Shown here: positions 1-9,667 of the stretch, piece after piece
How the letters are laid out: every line of letters begins with the position of its first letter
Numbering within the stretch: the stretch's first letter is position 1
NCBI GenBank assembly: GCA_037146775.1
Contig: JBAWWL010000008.1
Coordinates: 6,160 to 70,159, forward strand
Source of the DNA: Candidatus Omnitrophota bacterium
GTDB taxonomy: Bacteria > Omnitrophota > Gorgyraeia > Duberdicusellales > 4484-171
Length of the DNA: 64,000 bases
Direction: 5' to 3'
Translations under genes and position numbers: made by a program
The notes under the pieces: model-generated
The model's database searches: none
The model's input: only the letters and a program-made list of their open reading frames with translations
Told to the model about the DNA's origin: nothing

Positions 1-112
1 AAATTTTGATAGAAAATTTTTACGGAGCATCACGGAACCTATTGGCCGACGAGGTTGCGGGAAATTGGCGAAGAGAATTTCCCGCATATTCAGCCGAGTC
101 GGGAATATCCAG

Positions 113-204
113 AGAAACCACGGGCTTTAGTCCAGCAGGCCGAAGGCCTGGTGGATAGCCCAACAGGCCGAAGGGCCCGGTGGATAGCCCGCGGAGGTTC
201 ATTT
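113..204 (+). repeat. IS200/IS605-end-like palindromic element carrying two nested tandem hairpin units
   Basis: AGAAACCACGGGCTTTAGTCC..GCGGAGGTTCATTT resembles the uninterrupted copy at 15671-15704; 134-190 is two 28/29-bp units, each ending TAGCCC. Confidence 0.65.
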
Positions 205-295
205 ACTTAATTCGTTAATATTATAATCATAGTTATTGTAAATTTCGCTATTATTTATTTACAACCATACCATTTTTGATATAATTTTTTATCCC

Positions 296-1837
296 ATGAA
301 AAAAGTTGAAAGAGAAAAATGGACTTCTAAGATCGGTATCATTATGGCAGTTGCCGGCTCGGCGGTGGGTTTAGGTAATTTCTTGCGTTTTCCCTCCCAA
401 GCAGCGCAAAACGGCGGCGGCGCTTTCATGATACCTTATTTTATTTCTCTTTTTTTCTTAGGCATACCGCTGATGTGGATTGAATGGGCGATCGGCCGTC
501 ATGGCGGGTTGCTTGGCCACGGTACCGCGCCGTTTATTTTTAACCGCCTCTGGAAACACCGTGCTTCCAAATATTTTGGGGCTATAGGTATTTTTGGCCC
601 AGTAGCCATTTTCGTTTATTATGTCTATATAGAGAGTTGGTTGTTGGGGTATTGTTTTTATTCTTTGCGGGGAACTTTGCTTGGTTTCTCAACCAAAGAA
701 GAAATACTGGGTTTTTTAAAAAGTTATCAGGGCCTGGGTGCGCAAAATATATTTTTATACACGTACATATTCTTTCTCGTTACGTTTGCGATGAATTTTG
801 TAATTATTTATAAAGGCATAAAAAGAGGAATAGAAAAACTTTGTAACGTCGCATTGCCCATACTTTTTATATTTGCCGTTCTTATTGTTGTCAGAGTTGT
901 GACCTTGGGTGCGCCGGTGAAAGCGCATCCGGAATGGAACATTTTAAATGGCTTGGGATTTTTATGGAATCCTGACTTTAGCGCTCTGATGAATTCAAAA
1001 GTTTGGATTGCCGCTGCCGGCCAGATATTTTTTACTTTAAGCGTTGGTATCGGCGTGATCATGACTTATGCGAGCTACCTTTCCAAGGGCGATGATATAG
1101 TGTTGTCGGGGTTGACTGCCTCTTCGTTAAACGAATTCGCAGAGGTCATTTTAGGCGGAACAATCATAATACCTTTAGCATTTGCTTTTTTTGGCGGCAT
1201 AGGTGCGCAGACAATAGCGCAAAGTGGAAGCTTTAACATAGGCTTTGTGACGATGCCGCTTATTTTCTCTAAGATATCTTACGGGGCTGTTTTTGCCTTT
1301 CTTTGGTTTGCGCTGCTATTTTTAGCCGGTCTCACGTCCAGTATTTCTCTGCTTGAACCGCCGGTTTCTTTTTTAATCGACGAATTTTCTATTTCCCGTA
1401 AAAAAGCCGCAGCCATTATTGCATCGATAACTTTTGTGCTTTGTCAGTTTCCCATCTTTTTCCTTTCCCGGGGTGTAGTGGATGAGATCGATTTTTGGGC
1501 GGGATCGTTTTTCTTGGTAGTTTTTGCTTTTATCGAATGTATTTTGTTTATATGGATATTCGGTATTGATAAAGCCTGGGAGGAGATCCATCATGGCGCA
1601 GAACTTAATGTGCCGAGATTCTACAGGTTTATTATAAAATATATCACACCGTTATTTTTAATGTTGATATTGGGATTCTGGTTTTTTCAACAGGCTGTTC
1701 CCATATGTATGCTTAAAGGCGTAGCACCCGAAAATAAGCCGTACATAATAATGACACGAGTGGTGTTGGTAGTTTTATTTTTCATTATAGCGGTTTTAGT
1801 GAGAAAGGCTTATCGAAAAAAATTTAATGAGGCTTAG
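296..1837 (+). CDS. Sodium-dependent transporter, NSS/SNF family (LeuT-like)
   Basis: REKW..GSAVGLGNFLRFP, GGGAFMIPY, QIFFTLSVG motifs; about 12 TM segments. Confidence 0.95.
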   Translation: MKKVEREKWTSKIGIIMAVAGSAVGLGNFLRFPSQAAQNGGGAFMIPYFISLFFLGIPLMWIEWAIGRHGGLLGHGTAPFIFNRLWKHRASKYFGAIGIFGPVAIFVYYVYIESWLLGYCFYSLRGTLLGFSTKEEILGFLKSYQGLGAQNIFLYTYIFFLVTFAMNFVIIYKGIKRGIEKLCNVALPILFIFAVLIVVRVVTLGAPVKAHPEWNILNGLGFLWNPDFSALMNSKVWIAAAGQIFFTLSVGIGVIMTYASYLSKGDDIVLSGLTASSLNEFAEVILGGTIIIPLAFAFFGGIGAQTIAQSGSFNIGFVTMPLIFSKISYGAVFAFLWFALLFLAGLTSSISLLEPPVSFLIDEFSISRKKAAAIIASITFVLCQFPIFFLSRGVVDEIDFWAGSFFLVVFAFIECILFIWIFGIDKAWEEIHHGAELNVPRFYRFIIKYITPLFLMLILGFWFFQQAVPICMLKGVAPENKPYIIMTRVVLVVLFFIIAVLVRKAYRKKFNEA

Positions 1838-1853
1838 ATTTTTTTAAGCCTCG

Positions 1854-1977
1854 TCCTGCCTGCCTAATCGGCAGGCGAAAAGATGGCAGGATGCAGAAAA
1901 AATATGGAGCCGAATTAACTCCACACCGAACTTGTTCTGGTGCGGGGTTGCACTAAATTCACCGACTTTAGTCGGTG
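1854..1977. repeat. Cluster of short palindromic REP-like elements
   Basis: TCCTGCC..GGCAGGA enclosing CCTGCC-TAATC-GGCAGG; AACTCCACACC..GGTGCGGGGTT; CACCGAC-TTTA-GTCGGTG. Confidence 0.7.
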
Positions 1978-1995
1978 CTAATTAACAGAGGTAAG

Positions 1996-2103
1996 ATGAC
2001 GCTGGCGGGCTGGATTTTTTTAATTCTTTCTTGGGGGATAATTATCAGTTTATCTATTTTTTGTATTCTCAGGGTTTTTAAAGAGCCATACAAGGATCTT
2101 TAA
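1996..2103 (+). CDS. 35-aa single-TM protein, probable small subunit (MetS-like) of the NSS transporter
   Basis: Manually translated MTLAGWIFLILSWGIIISLSIFCILRVFKEPYKDL*; RBS AGAGG; follows the NSS gene; too short for the ORF track. Confidence 0.75.
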   Translation: MTLAGWIFLILSWGIIISLSIFCILRVFKEPYKDL

Positions 2104-2114
2104 TAGCTTCATAG

Positions 2115-3014
2115 ATGCGTAAAATCAGGTTTGTCTTTATATTTTTTTGTGTATTTCTTTTCCTGGGTGCTTCCGGCTACCATGCGTATACCGGCCTATC
2201 CTCGTATGCCCAGGTGCATAAAAATTTCCAGACGCTTCAAGATCGGGTTGACGTCATGGTGGAGAATTTTAGCGGAGAATGCGCGTTTATCATTAAAGAC
2301 ATAAAACATCCTTCTTGCGAGATTTCGCGTAATCAAAATCGCATGTTTCCTGCCGCAAGCCTGATCAAGCTGCCTTTAGCGGCGGTTGCGTTCAAAGCAG
2401 TGAAAGAAAATAAGATTTCACTCGAGCAAACCATTACCATTGAACGTAAGGATATTACCGGAGGTTCGGGGATACTCAAAACAAAGGTTGTACCTATCAC
2501 CATGACTTTTCAGGAGCTCATTGAAACGATGATTGCTCATAGCGACAATACCGCTTCGAATAAAATTATCGGTCTCTTAGGATATGAGTACATTAACGAT
2601 GGTTTCAAGGGGCTTGGTTTAAAGGGAACGATTTTGCGCAGAAAAATGATGGATTTCTCGATGCGGCGCAAAGGCGTGGAGAATTATATCACTGCCGCCG
2701 ACACCGTGTATCTTCTGGAGAAAATTTACAAAAAAGAGCTCATCGATATTCGGTCTTCGGAATTGATGATGGCATTCTTGAGGGAGCAAAAGATAAAAGA
2801 CAGAATCCCCCGTTATTTGCCTAAACAGGTTGATGTTGCCCACAAGACGGGGCTGGAGAGGGGGGTTGTTCATGACGCCGGTATTATTTTTTCTCCCAGG
2901 TCAGATTTTGTTATCTGTGTGCTTACTAAAAGGGTAAAGAGCTATAGTAAGGCAAAAAAATTTATTGCCCGTTTGTCGCTTCTGACCTATAATCGGCTAT
3001 GTATTGATAATTAG
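2115..3014 (+). CDS. Class A beta-lactamase-like serine hydrolase
   Basis: SLIK (SxxK), SDN and KTG motifs; N-terminal anchor. Confidence 0.9.
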   Translation: MRKIRFVFIFFCVFLFLGASGYHAYTGLSSYAQVHKNFQTLQDRVDVMVENFSGECAFIIKDIKHPSCEISRNQNRMFPAASLIKLPLAAVAFKAVKENKISLEQTITIERKDITGGSGILKTKVVPITMTFQELIETMIAHSDNTASNKIIGLLGYEYINDGFKGLGLKGTILRRKMMDFSMRRKGVENYITAADTVYLLEKIYKKELIDIRSSELMMAFLREQKIKDRIPRYLPKQVDVAHKTGLERGVVHDAGIIFSPRSDFVICVLTKRVKSYSKAKKFIARLSLLTYNRLCIDN

Positions 3015-3026
3015 AGGGGGAAGGCT

Positions 3027-4079
3027 ATGAATTTTGAATTTCTGTTAAAGGTTTTTACCTCGCTTCTGATTTTTAGCGGTTTTTTCTTCGCGGGGTTATT
3101 GTTCAAAAAGATCGGGTATAAACTTTTGCTGGTATGGGCAAAAAGGACTAAATGGCACGCAGACGACGCGCTTGTGCCGCTTTTGCGTAACCATCTTTTT
3201 TTCTGGCTGGTACTTTTCGGTATCTATTTTTCTGCCGCGATACTGCTAAACCGCGACGCGCTTTCTCGTCTTTATTCTGTTCTTCTGGTGTGTTTTTTGA
3301 TTTCAGTAACCCTTCTTTTTTCTAAATTCGTATCAGTCCTCATCAGCATGTATTCCGAACGCATTAAAACTACAGTGGCTATGAGCGAGCTTACCCAGGG
3401 AATAGCACGCTTGGTAGTTCTTATCATTGGTTTCTTGATGATTTTGAATAGCCTGGGGATATCCATTGCCCCGCTTCTTACCACTTTAGGTATAGGCGGT
3501 TTAGCGGTGGCACTCGCCTTGCAGGATACCTTGTCTAACTTTTTTGCCGGCTTTCATATTCTTTTGGCTAAGCAAATATCAATCGGTGATTTTGTCAGGA
3601 TAGATTCAGGAATAGAAGGTTATATCACTGATATTACCTGGCGGACCACCAAAATCAGGATGTCTAACGGTAACGTTGTTTTAGTGCCTAATTTTAAGCT
3701 TTCACAGTCAATTATCATTAACTGTTCGCGTCCCGCAAGAGAGATGACGACAATGGTTGAATTGAGCGTGCATTATGCGAGCAATCTTGAAGAAGTGGAA
3801 AAGATAACATTTGCTGTCGCGAAGGCGGTTATGCAGGAAACCGAAGAGGCGGCAAGTGGATTTCAACCGATAATAAACTTTTGCGCTTTGGGCGATTCCG
3901 GTATACAACTTACCGTTATGCTTAAGGCAAAAGAATTTAACGGTCAGTTTCGGCTCAAACACGAATTTATTAAGCGATTGCATGAAGTTTACAAGGAGAA
4001 GGGGATAGTCATCCCTTGTCCGGTACGGGCACTAAATTTTTCCCAAGAAGGCGCTCGCGATATTTTTAAAACCAGATAA
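3027..4079 (+). CDS. Small-conductance mechanosensitive channel (MscS family)
   Basis: LGIGGLAVALALQDTLSNFFAG, IGDFV..G.EG.I..I.WR.T. Confidence 0.93.
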   Translation: MNFEFLLKVFTSLLIFSGFFFAGLLFKKIGYKLLLVWAKRTKWHADDALVPLLRNHLFFWLVLFGIYFSAAILLNRDALSRLYSVLLVCFLISVTLLFSKFVSVLISMYSERIKTTVAMSELTQGIARLVVLIIGFLMILNSLGISIAPLLTTLGIGGLAVALALQDTLSNFFAGFHILLAKQISIGDFVRIDSGIEGYITDITWRTTKIRMSNGNVVLVPNFKLSQSIIINCSRPAREMTTMVELSVHYASNLEEVEKITFAVAKAVMQETEEAASGFQPIINFCALGDSGIQLTVMLKAKEFNGQFRLKHEFIKRLHEVYKEKGIVIPCPVRALNFSQEGARDIFKTR

Positions 4080-4156
4080 GTTATCCGAGCATCTTTGTTG
4101 TGTCGCTAACAAAATTATTGTTGCGCGCCAGCTGTTATCGGATAACATAAAACTAT

Positions 4157-4462
4157 ATGTTTATACTCAGCAATTTTATCAGCGCTCTCGCAAACGTTCT
4201 TAGCGTTTTGCTTACTCTTTGCTATTGGCTTATTCTTGTTCGTGCCCTCATCAGCTGGGTTAATCCAGACCCGCATAATCCTATTGTACAGTTTTTGTAC
4301 AAGACTACCGAACCGATGCTTTACCCTATCAGAAAGATTCTCCCTTTTAGCTTAAAAATGAGCATCGATATTTCACCGATTATCGCATTCTTTTTTATTA
4401 TGTTTTTACGCGGTTTCTTGGTGCAGAGCTTATTCGATCTCGCTGCCAGGCTTGCTCATTAA
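4157..4462 (+). CDS. yggT: YggT family membrane protein
   Basis: RALISWVNPDPHNPIVQFLYKTTEP..P.R, IDISPII. Confidence 0.92.
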   Translation: MFILSNFISALANVLSVLLTLCYWLILVRALISWVNPDPHNPIVQFLYKTTEPMLYPIRKILPFSLKMSIDISPIIAFFFIMFLRGFLVQSLFDLAARLAH

Positions 4463-4480
4463 AGCCTTCTTATAATACAC

Positions 4481-4508
4481 TTGCTTTTATTCGTATTCTT
4501 TGTAAAAT
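4481..4508 (+). promoter_or_regulatory. Putative sigma70 promoter of the ATPase operon
   Basis: TTGCTT-N16-TAAAAT. Confidence 0.45.
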
Positions 4509-4642
4509 AAAATTTACACCTTTGAACCCCAACGAATCGCGGTTTACCGAAAAGCATGCATAAAATATGGGTTTTGGTTTTTTCAACGGGAAATATATAA
4601 GCCTTTTTAGCCGAGAGGACTGATATTGACGGGGAGGTCTAG

Positions 4643-4960
4643 ATGAAGGAAATAGTTGACGAGGTGTTGCAGGAAGAAGAAAGTGCGCTCAGGTTAGTCG
4701 AACAATCCAAAAGCCGTGCGCAAGAAACATTAACCAAGGCCAAAAAAGAAGCGGATGATTTTATTGGCCAGGAAGCGTTGAAACTGAAAGATTCAATTCG
4801 CGAAAAAAAAGACCAAGCACAGCGTTCTTTTCTTGCCGAAAAAGAAAGAATTATCCGAGAAATAAAAGAATCTAGTATTCGTTTACGTCAAAACAAAGAA
4901 AAAGAAATTCCTGCGCTTGCAAGGAAAGTTTTTTCTCAAATCATCGCTATCGGCGAATAA
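4643..4960 (+). CDS. V/A-type ATPase peripheral stalk subunit G/H
   Basis: Charged coiled-coil of 105 aa; first gene of the V-ATPase operon. Confidence 0.75.
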   Translation: MKEIVDEVLQEEESALRLVEQSKSRAQETLTKAKKEADDFIGQEALKLKDSIREKKDQAQRSFLAEKERIIREIKESSIRLRQNKEKEIPALARKVFSQIIAIGE

Positions 4961-4962
4961 TT

Positions 4963-6003
4963 ATGTTTGATCTCGCAAAATATTCCTTTGCTAACGCTAA
5001 AATACGGGCGATGCTTTCTTCTCTGGTAGAACCTGCCCTATTTTCACGTCTTATTGAATCCAGCGATCTTTACGAGGCGCTTGATATTCTTAAAAATACT
5101 CCTTATAAAAGTATAGTAGAAAAAATAGACAGGCAGGCACCGCGGCTTGAGCCTTTAGAGCAAGAATTGCTTAAGTATGATCTTACGATGTATCGCAAGG
5201 TTTATAATGCGCTTTCTACCAAGTATGAACGGTATTTTGTGTCATTACTGATGCAACGTTACGAGCTGGAAGAGTTAAAGGTGGCTTTGCGGATATGGCA
5301 TGGGAAGATAGAGGTTGATTTGGATGACTATCTTTTAAACGAGAATATTTATTATCACATTGATTTTAAAAAAATAGTATCGGTTCAGACGATTGAAGAA
5401 ATTATTTTACTTCTAGATGAAACCGCCTACAAACAGCCGCTTTTAAAAGCTAAAGATACATTTAAAAATCACAACGCAACATTTTATCTAGAAGTCGCCC
5501 TTGATAAAGACTATTATGCGCGTTTAATCGAGGCAGCTAAAAGTTTTTCTGCCGTTGACCGTGGTATTGCGGAAAAAGTTTTAGGCATAGAAATCGACGC
5601 TGAAAATATTAATTGGTTGATACGGATGCGTAAGTATTACGCTATAGGGATGGGAGATATTCTTAATCTAGTTATACCCGGAGGCGCACATATTGATAAA
5701 GATGCGGTTAGAAAATTCTATACCACTGACGGCCTCTCGAAGGTAGTGGAGAGTGTTGCCTTTGGCGCATATATCAAGGTAAAGGATTTAGCCGAAGAAA
5801 ATATATATTTTATCGACCAATTTCTTTACGAAATACTTCTTAAAGAGATAAAGAAAACATTAGCCGGATTTCCTTTTACTATCGGAACTGTGCTGGGTTA
5901 TTTGATTTTAAAACGCAAGGAAACAAGAAATATTATTTCGTTACTGTATTCTAAAATGTGCGGAATGGACAAAGAAGATACCGGACGCCTTTTATATATG
6001 TGA
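4963..6003 (+). CDS. V-type ATPase subunit C (d/AC39)
   Basis: YSFANAKIRAM N-terminus, EID..NI.W..R, size and operon context. Confidence 0.88.
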   Translation: MFDLAKYSFANAKIRAMLSSLVEPALFSRLIESSDLYEALDILKNTPYKSIVEKIDRQAPRLEPLEQELLKYDLTMYRKVYNALSTKYERYFVSLLMQRYELEELKVALRIWHGKIEVDLDDYLLNENIYYHIDFKKIVSVQTIEEIILLLDETAYKQPLLKAKDTFKNHNATFYLEVALDKDYYARLIEAAKSFSAVDRGIAEKVLGIEIDAENINWLIRMRKYYAIGMGDILNLVIPGGAHIDKDAVRKFYTTDGLSKVVESVAFGAYIKVKDLAEENIYFIDQFLYEILLKEIKKTLAGFPFTIGTVLGYLILKRKETRNIISLLYSKMCGMDKEDTGRLLYM

Positions 6004-6097
6004 TAGTTAAAAAAGTCACGCGCAAGGAGTGCGAATAATACAATATTAGTAAATACTTTCAAGAAGGTATTTCAGATTTTTTATGATGATTTAGGCA

Positions 6098-6254
6098 TTA
6101 ACCGAAAAAATGCACTTGTCGCTCGGCATTTTTTCGGTATACCTCGACGTTATCTGAAATTCACCCCTAAATTACAAAGAAACTTAAGGGTAAATTTCAG
6201 CGTCGACCCTTCGGGCAAAAAATGTATTTAGCAAAATACATTTTTTTGGGTTAA
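6098..6254. repeat. Multi-hairpin MITE-like intergenic element
   Basis: Imperfect terminal inverted repeats TTAACCGAAAAAATG / CATTTTTTTTGGGTTAA enclosing three strong hairpins. Confidence 0.5.
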
Positions 6255-6278
6255 GTATTTTCGATAAGAAGTAAAAAT

Positions 6279-8201
6279 ATGTTTACTACATCGCCCATGG
6301 AATTGGTGAGTATGTTGGTATTAAAGGAAAAAACCGAAGAGGTGATATCCTATTTGATTACCTTGGGTATTTTTCATCCGGTTGATATCAGTAAGATTGA
6401 ACAGGAATTATCGGTATTATCTGTTTCTCAGATTGAAGATGAAAGCGCCGAATGGCAGGCGTTTGAGATAAAGTTACGCGATACGCTACGTAAGTTCAAT
6501 AGTTCTCCAGCCGCGAGTAAAGAGGCCGAATCGCTGCCGGTTACATTCATAAAAAGTACTTTTGTCACCATTGACGAGAAGCTAGAGCCGCTTATTTCGC
6601 AAATAAACGAAGCTCGGGAGGCGTTAAAGATAAACGAGTCTATGCGTGCCCAGGTAAAAGATTATTTCCTTTTCCCCATTAAAAAAAGCTCACTTTATAC
6701 TTTTCTGGAAGTAACCTTAGGCCGAGTCGAAGAAAAAAACATCGCGGCCCTTGAACGCAGCCTGAAAGACATCCCTCATTTGGTATATACCCTTAAGAAA
6801 GAGCTGGGAAAAGTTACCGCTATCCTGATTGGCTTGAAACGAGACAAAGCGCTTCTTGACCGTGTATTGCATGATTTTGCTTGGGAGAAGGTAGAATTTC
6901 CCGAAGAACATAAAGAGCTTTCCAAAGATGTTGAAGCGCAGATACAGGCAAAAATAGAGGAGAGTAAAAAACGCATCGAAACCGCAAACGCTGCCATACG
7001 GGAGCTCGCGAATACTTTTCAGGGAACACTATCTAAGATACGTTCGTGTATTATTCTAAAAAAGTCTTTATTGTATGCTAAAAAATATTTGTATACGACC
7101 GATAGGACCGTGATACTGTCTGGATGGGTGCCACGTGAAGAGAAGGAACGCCTGATACGCGAAATTAAGAAAATTGCCGGCGCTTCTTATGTTGAAGGTA
7201 AGAAAGCCGAAGACGTGGATATATCTAAGGAAGAAATACCCGTCCAAATACAACACTGGACGCTCTTTAAGCCTTTTGAACTATTGATTAATTCTTATGG
7301 TGTTGTGCGTTACGGGACGATTGACCCGACAATCTTTGTTGCTTTTAGCTTTCTTTTGATGTTTGGAGCGATGTTTGGCGATTTAGGGCACGGCCTTATT
7401 TTCGTGTTAACGGGAATATTATTATTAAGCTGTAAAAAACCAAAACTAAAGCAAGCTTCGGCATTACTTTTGTATTGCGGTATAAGCTCGTCAATTTTCG
7501 GAATTTTATACGGTAGTTTTTTTGGTTACGAAAAAATATTGCCCGCCATATGGATAAAGCCCATGCTTAACGTTATCGAAGCGTTTCGGGTAAGTATTAT
7601 TTTCGGTATTACTTTGATTACTCTCGGTATTATTATTAATATTGTTAACGCATTGCGCGATAAGGATTACGTGAAGGCGGTATTTGATAAAGCCGGCCTT
7701 GTCTCCGGTATCGTTTATATTACCGCCATAGCGTGGTTAAGCAAAAATTTCGTATCTACCGGCCGCGTTTCGCCCCTGTACCCCATAGTAATATCTGGAG
7801 GATTCTTGCTTTTATTTTGTAAGCCATTTATTGAGTTATTATCAAAAAAGAAGAAAAATAAAGAAAGCTTATTTGTGTCTTTTATGGAAAGTACTGTGGA
7901 TATTTTAGAAATTGTTATGGGTTATCTGGCAAACACAGTTTCTTTCATCCGTATTGCCGCATTTGCCTTGGCGCATGCCGGATTGTTTTTGGCTATTTTT
8001 GAACTTTCGCGTCTATTACGTCAAACCGGAGGCGCGGTTTTATCTCTGGTAGTTATTATTTTTGGCAATATACTAATTATATTGCTTGAAGGTTTGGTGG
8101 TTGGAATACAGTCACTTAGGCTTAACTATTATGAATTCTTCTCGAAATTCTTTATCACAGGAAAGCATATTTACCAGCCGTTGACATTTAAAGAGCGTTA
8201 G
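6279..8201 (+). CDS. V-type ATPase subunit I (a)
   Basis: IDPT, FGAMFGDLGHG, NTVSFIRIAAF, LRLNYYEFFSKF. Confidence 0.95.
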   Translation: MFTTSPMELVSMLVLKEKTEEVISYLITLGIFHPVDISKIEQELSVLSVSQIEDESAEWQAFEIKLRDTLRKFNSSPAASKEAESLPVTFIKSTFVTIDEKLEPLISQINEAREALKINESMRAQVKDYFLFPIKKSSLYTFLEVTLGRVEEKNIAALERSLKDIPHLVYTLKKELGKVTAILIGLKRDKALLDRVLHDFAWEKVEFPEEHKELSKDVEAQIQAKIEESKKRIETANAAIRELANTFQGTLSKIRSCIILKKSLLYAKKYLYTTDRTVILSGWVPREEKERLIREIKKIAGASYVEGKKAEDVDISKEEIPVQIQHWTLFKPFELLINSYGVVRYGTIDPTIFVAFSFLLMFGAMFGDLGHGLIFVLTGILLLSCKKPKLKQASALLLYCGISSSIFGILYGSFFGYEKILPAIWIKPMLNVIEAFRVSIIFGITLITLGIIINIVNALRDKDYVKAVFDKAGLVSGIVYITAIAWLSKNFVSTGRVSPLYPIVISGGFLLLFCKPFIELLSKKKKNKESLFVSFMESTVDILEIVMGYLANTVSFIRIAAFALAHAGLFLAIFELSRLLRQTGGAVLSLVVIIFGNILIILLEGLVVGIQSLRLNYYEFFSKFFITGKHIYQPLTFKER

Positions 8202-8251
8202 GATAGAATCAAAAATTCAGCGAGTTAGTTGTTTTATTGGCGCAATATTGA

Positions 8252-8594
<343 letters not shown>

Positions 8595-8596
<2 letters not shown>

Positions 8597-8703
8597 TTGC
8601 GCAGATTACACAGATTTTAAAAAGATTACATAGATGTAAGAACGCCGTCCATAAAACGTCTTAGCTTTTAATCTGCGTAATCATTTTTCTAATCGGTGTA
8701 ATC
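8595..8703. repeat. GATTACACAGAT-type inverted repeat element, copy 1
   Basis: GATTACACAGAT/GATTACATAGAT arm facing an ATCTGCGTAATC/ATCGGTGTAATC arm. Confidence 0.75.
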
Positions 8704-8718
8704 GTTTAAAAAAATAGA

Positions 8719-9021
8719 ATGAATTTTTTTTGTATAGCCGAAAAAGAAAGTAGTCTGGGCTTTAAATTCAGCGGTATTGAGGTACGCGAGGCTAATTCAC
8801 GTATCCAGGCGCAAGAAGCCTTACGGGTGGCTTCCGCAATAGAAGGCATAGGTATTATTATTATTACAGAAAAATGTGCATCTTGGATACGGGAAGAAAT
8901 AACTCCCTTGCTTTACCGCCAAGAGCTGCCGTTGGTGCTGGAGATTCCTTCACGTGGCTCTCGGGGGCAGCGTAAAAGTGTCGGCGAGTTTTTGAAAGAA
9001 ATTGTCGGAGTGGGGATGTAA
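8719..9021 (+). CDS. V-type ATPase subunit F
   Basis: LGFKFSGI, IGIIIITE, PLVLEIP; 100 aa. Confidence 0.9.
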   Translation: MNFFCIAEKESSLGFKFSGIEVREANSRIQAQEALRVASAIEGIGIIIITEKCASWIREEITPLLYRQELPLVLEIPSRGSRGQRKSVGEFLKEIVGVGM

Positions 9022-9022
9022 G

Positions 9023-9667
9023 ATGCATAAAAAATTACCAATAGATACAACTAAAGAGAACGCTCAGGAATTGCTTAAAAAAATTAATCTTGAAGCTGAG
9101 GCGGAAATAGCGGATATAAACGCCATTACGAAGCGGGAGGTAGACAAGATTTTTGCGCAAGCTAACAAAGAAGTAGAAGCAAAAAAAGAGATAGATTTAA
9201 GCCAACTTCAAAAGGAAATAGAAGCCTTGAGAGAAAAAAACTTTTCTACGGTTACTCTTGAGAAAAAAAGAGTAATTTTAGGTGAACAAAACGCTTTTAT
9301 AGAAAAAGTGTTTTGCGCGGTTAAGGACGAGGCGGCGCGGTTTCGTCTTTGTGCCGAGTATGTGGCATTCCTGGAGAGAGCTATCTTGGAGGCTGTTGCG
9401 GTTATTGACAGCGAGCATATGGTTGTCTCCTATTCATCGCTTGATGAGAAAATATTCAGCGCAGAATTTATCACCAATGTGCAAAAAAATTGTGCGGTGA
9501 AATTTGGAAAAAAAATTGTTTTTAATTTTCAAAAAAGTGATTTTAATGACATGGGTGTTACTGCTGCGTCTTGCGACGGTCATTTATGCTACGATAATAG
9601 ATTTACCGCACGCTTAAAGCGCGCCTACGAAGAAATATACGCACAGTTGCAGAAGGAGATAGCGTAA
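9023..9667 (+). CDS. V-type ATPase subunit E (start reassigned to 9023)
   Basis: N-terminal coiled coil, C-terminal YDNRF..RL; lies before subunit A. Confidence 0.85.
   Translation: MHKKLPIDTTKENAQELLKKINLEAEAEIADINAITKREVDKIFAQANKEVEAKKEIDLSQLQKEIEALREKNFSTVTLEKKRVILGEQNAFIEKVFCAVKDEAARFRLCAEYVAFLERAILEAVAVIDSEHMVVSYSSLDEKIFSAEFITNVQKNCAVKFGKKIVFNFQKSDFNDMGVTAASCDGHLCYDNRFTARLKRAYEEIYAQLQKEIA

Noticed and set aside
20-202. 60-aa minus-strand ORF
   Set aside because: It is translated palindromic repeat sequence with no protein-like features.
2115-3014. Antibiotic-resistance beta-lactamase call
   Set aside because: Core motifs are present, but such housekeeping-context homologs are often not true beta-lactamases; activity cannot be inferred from sequence.
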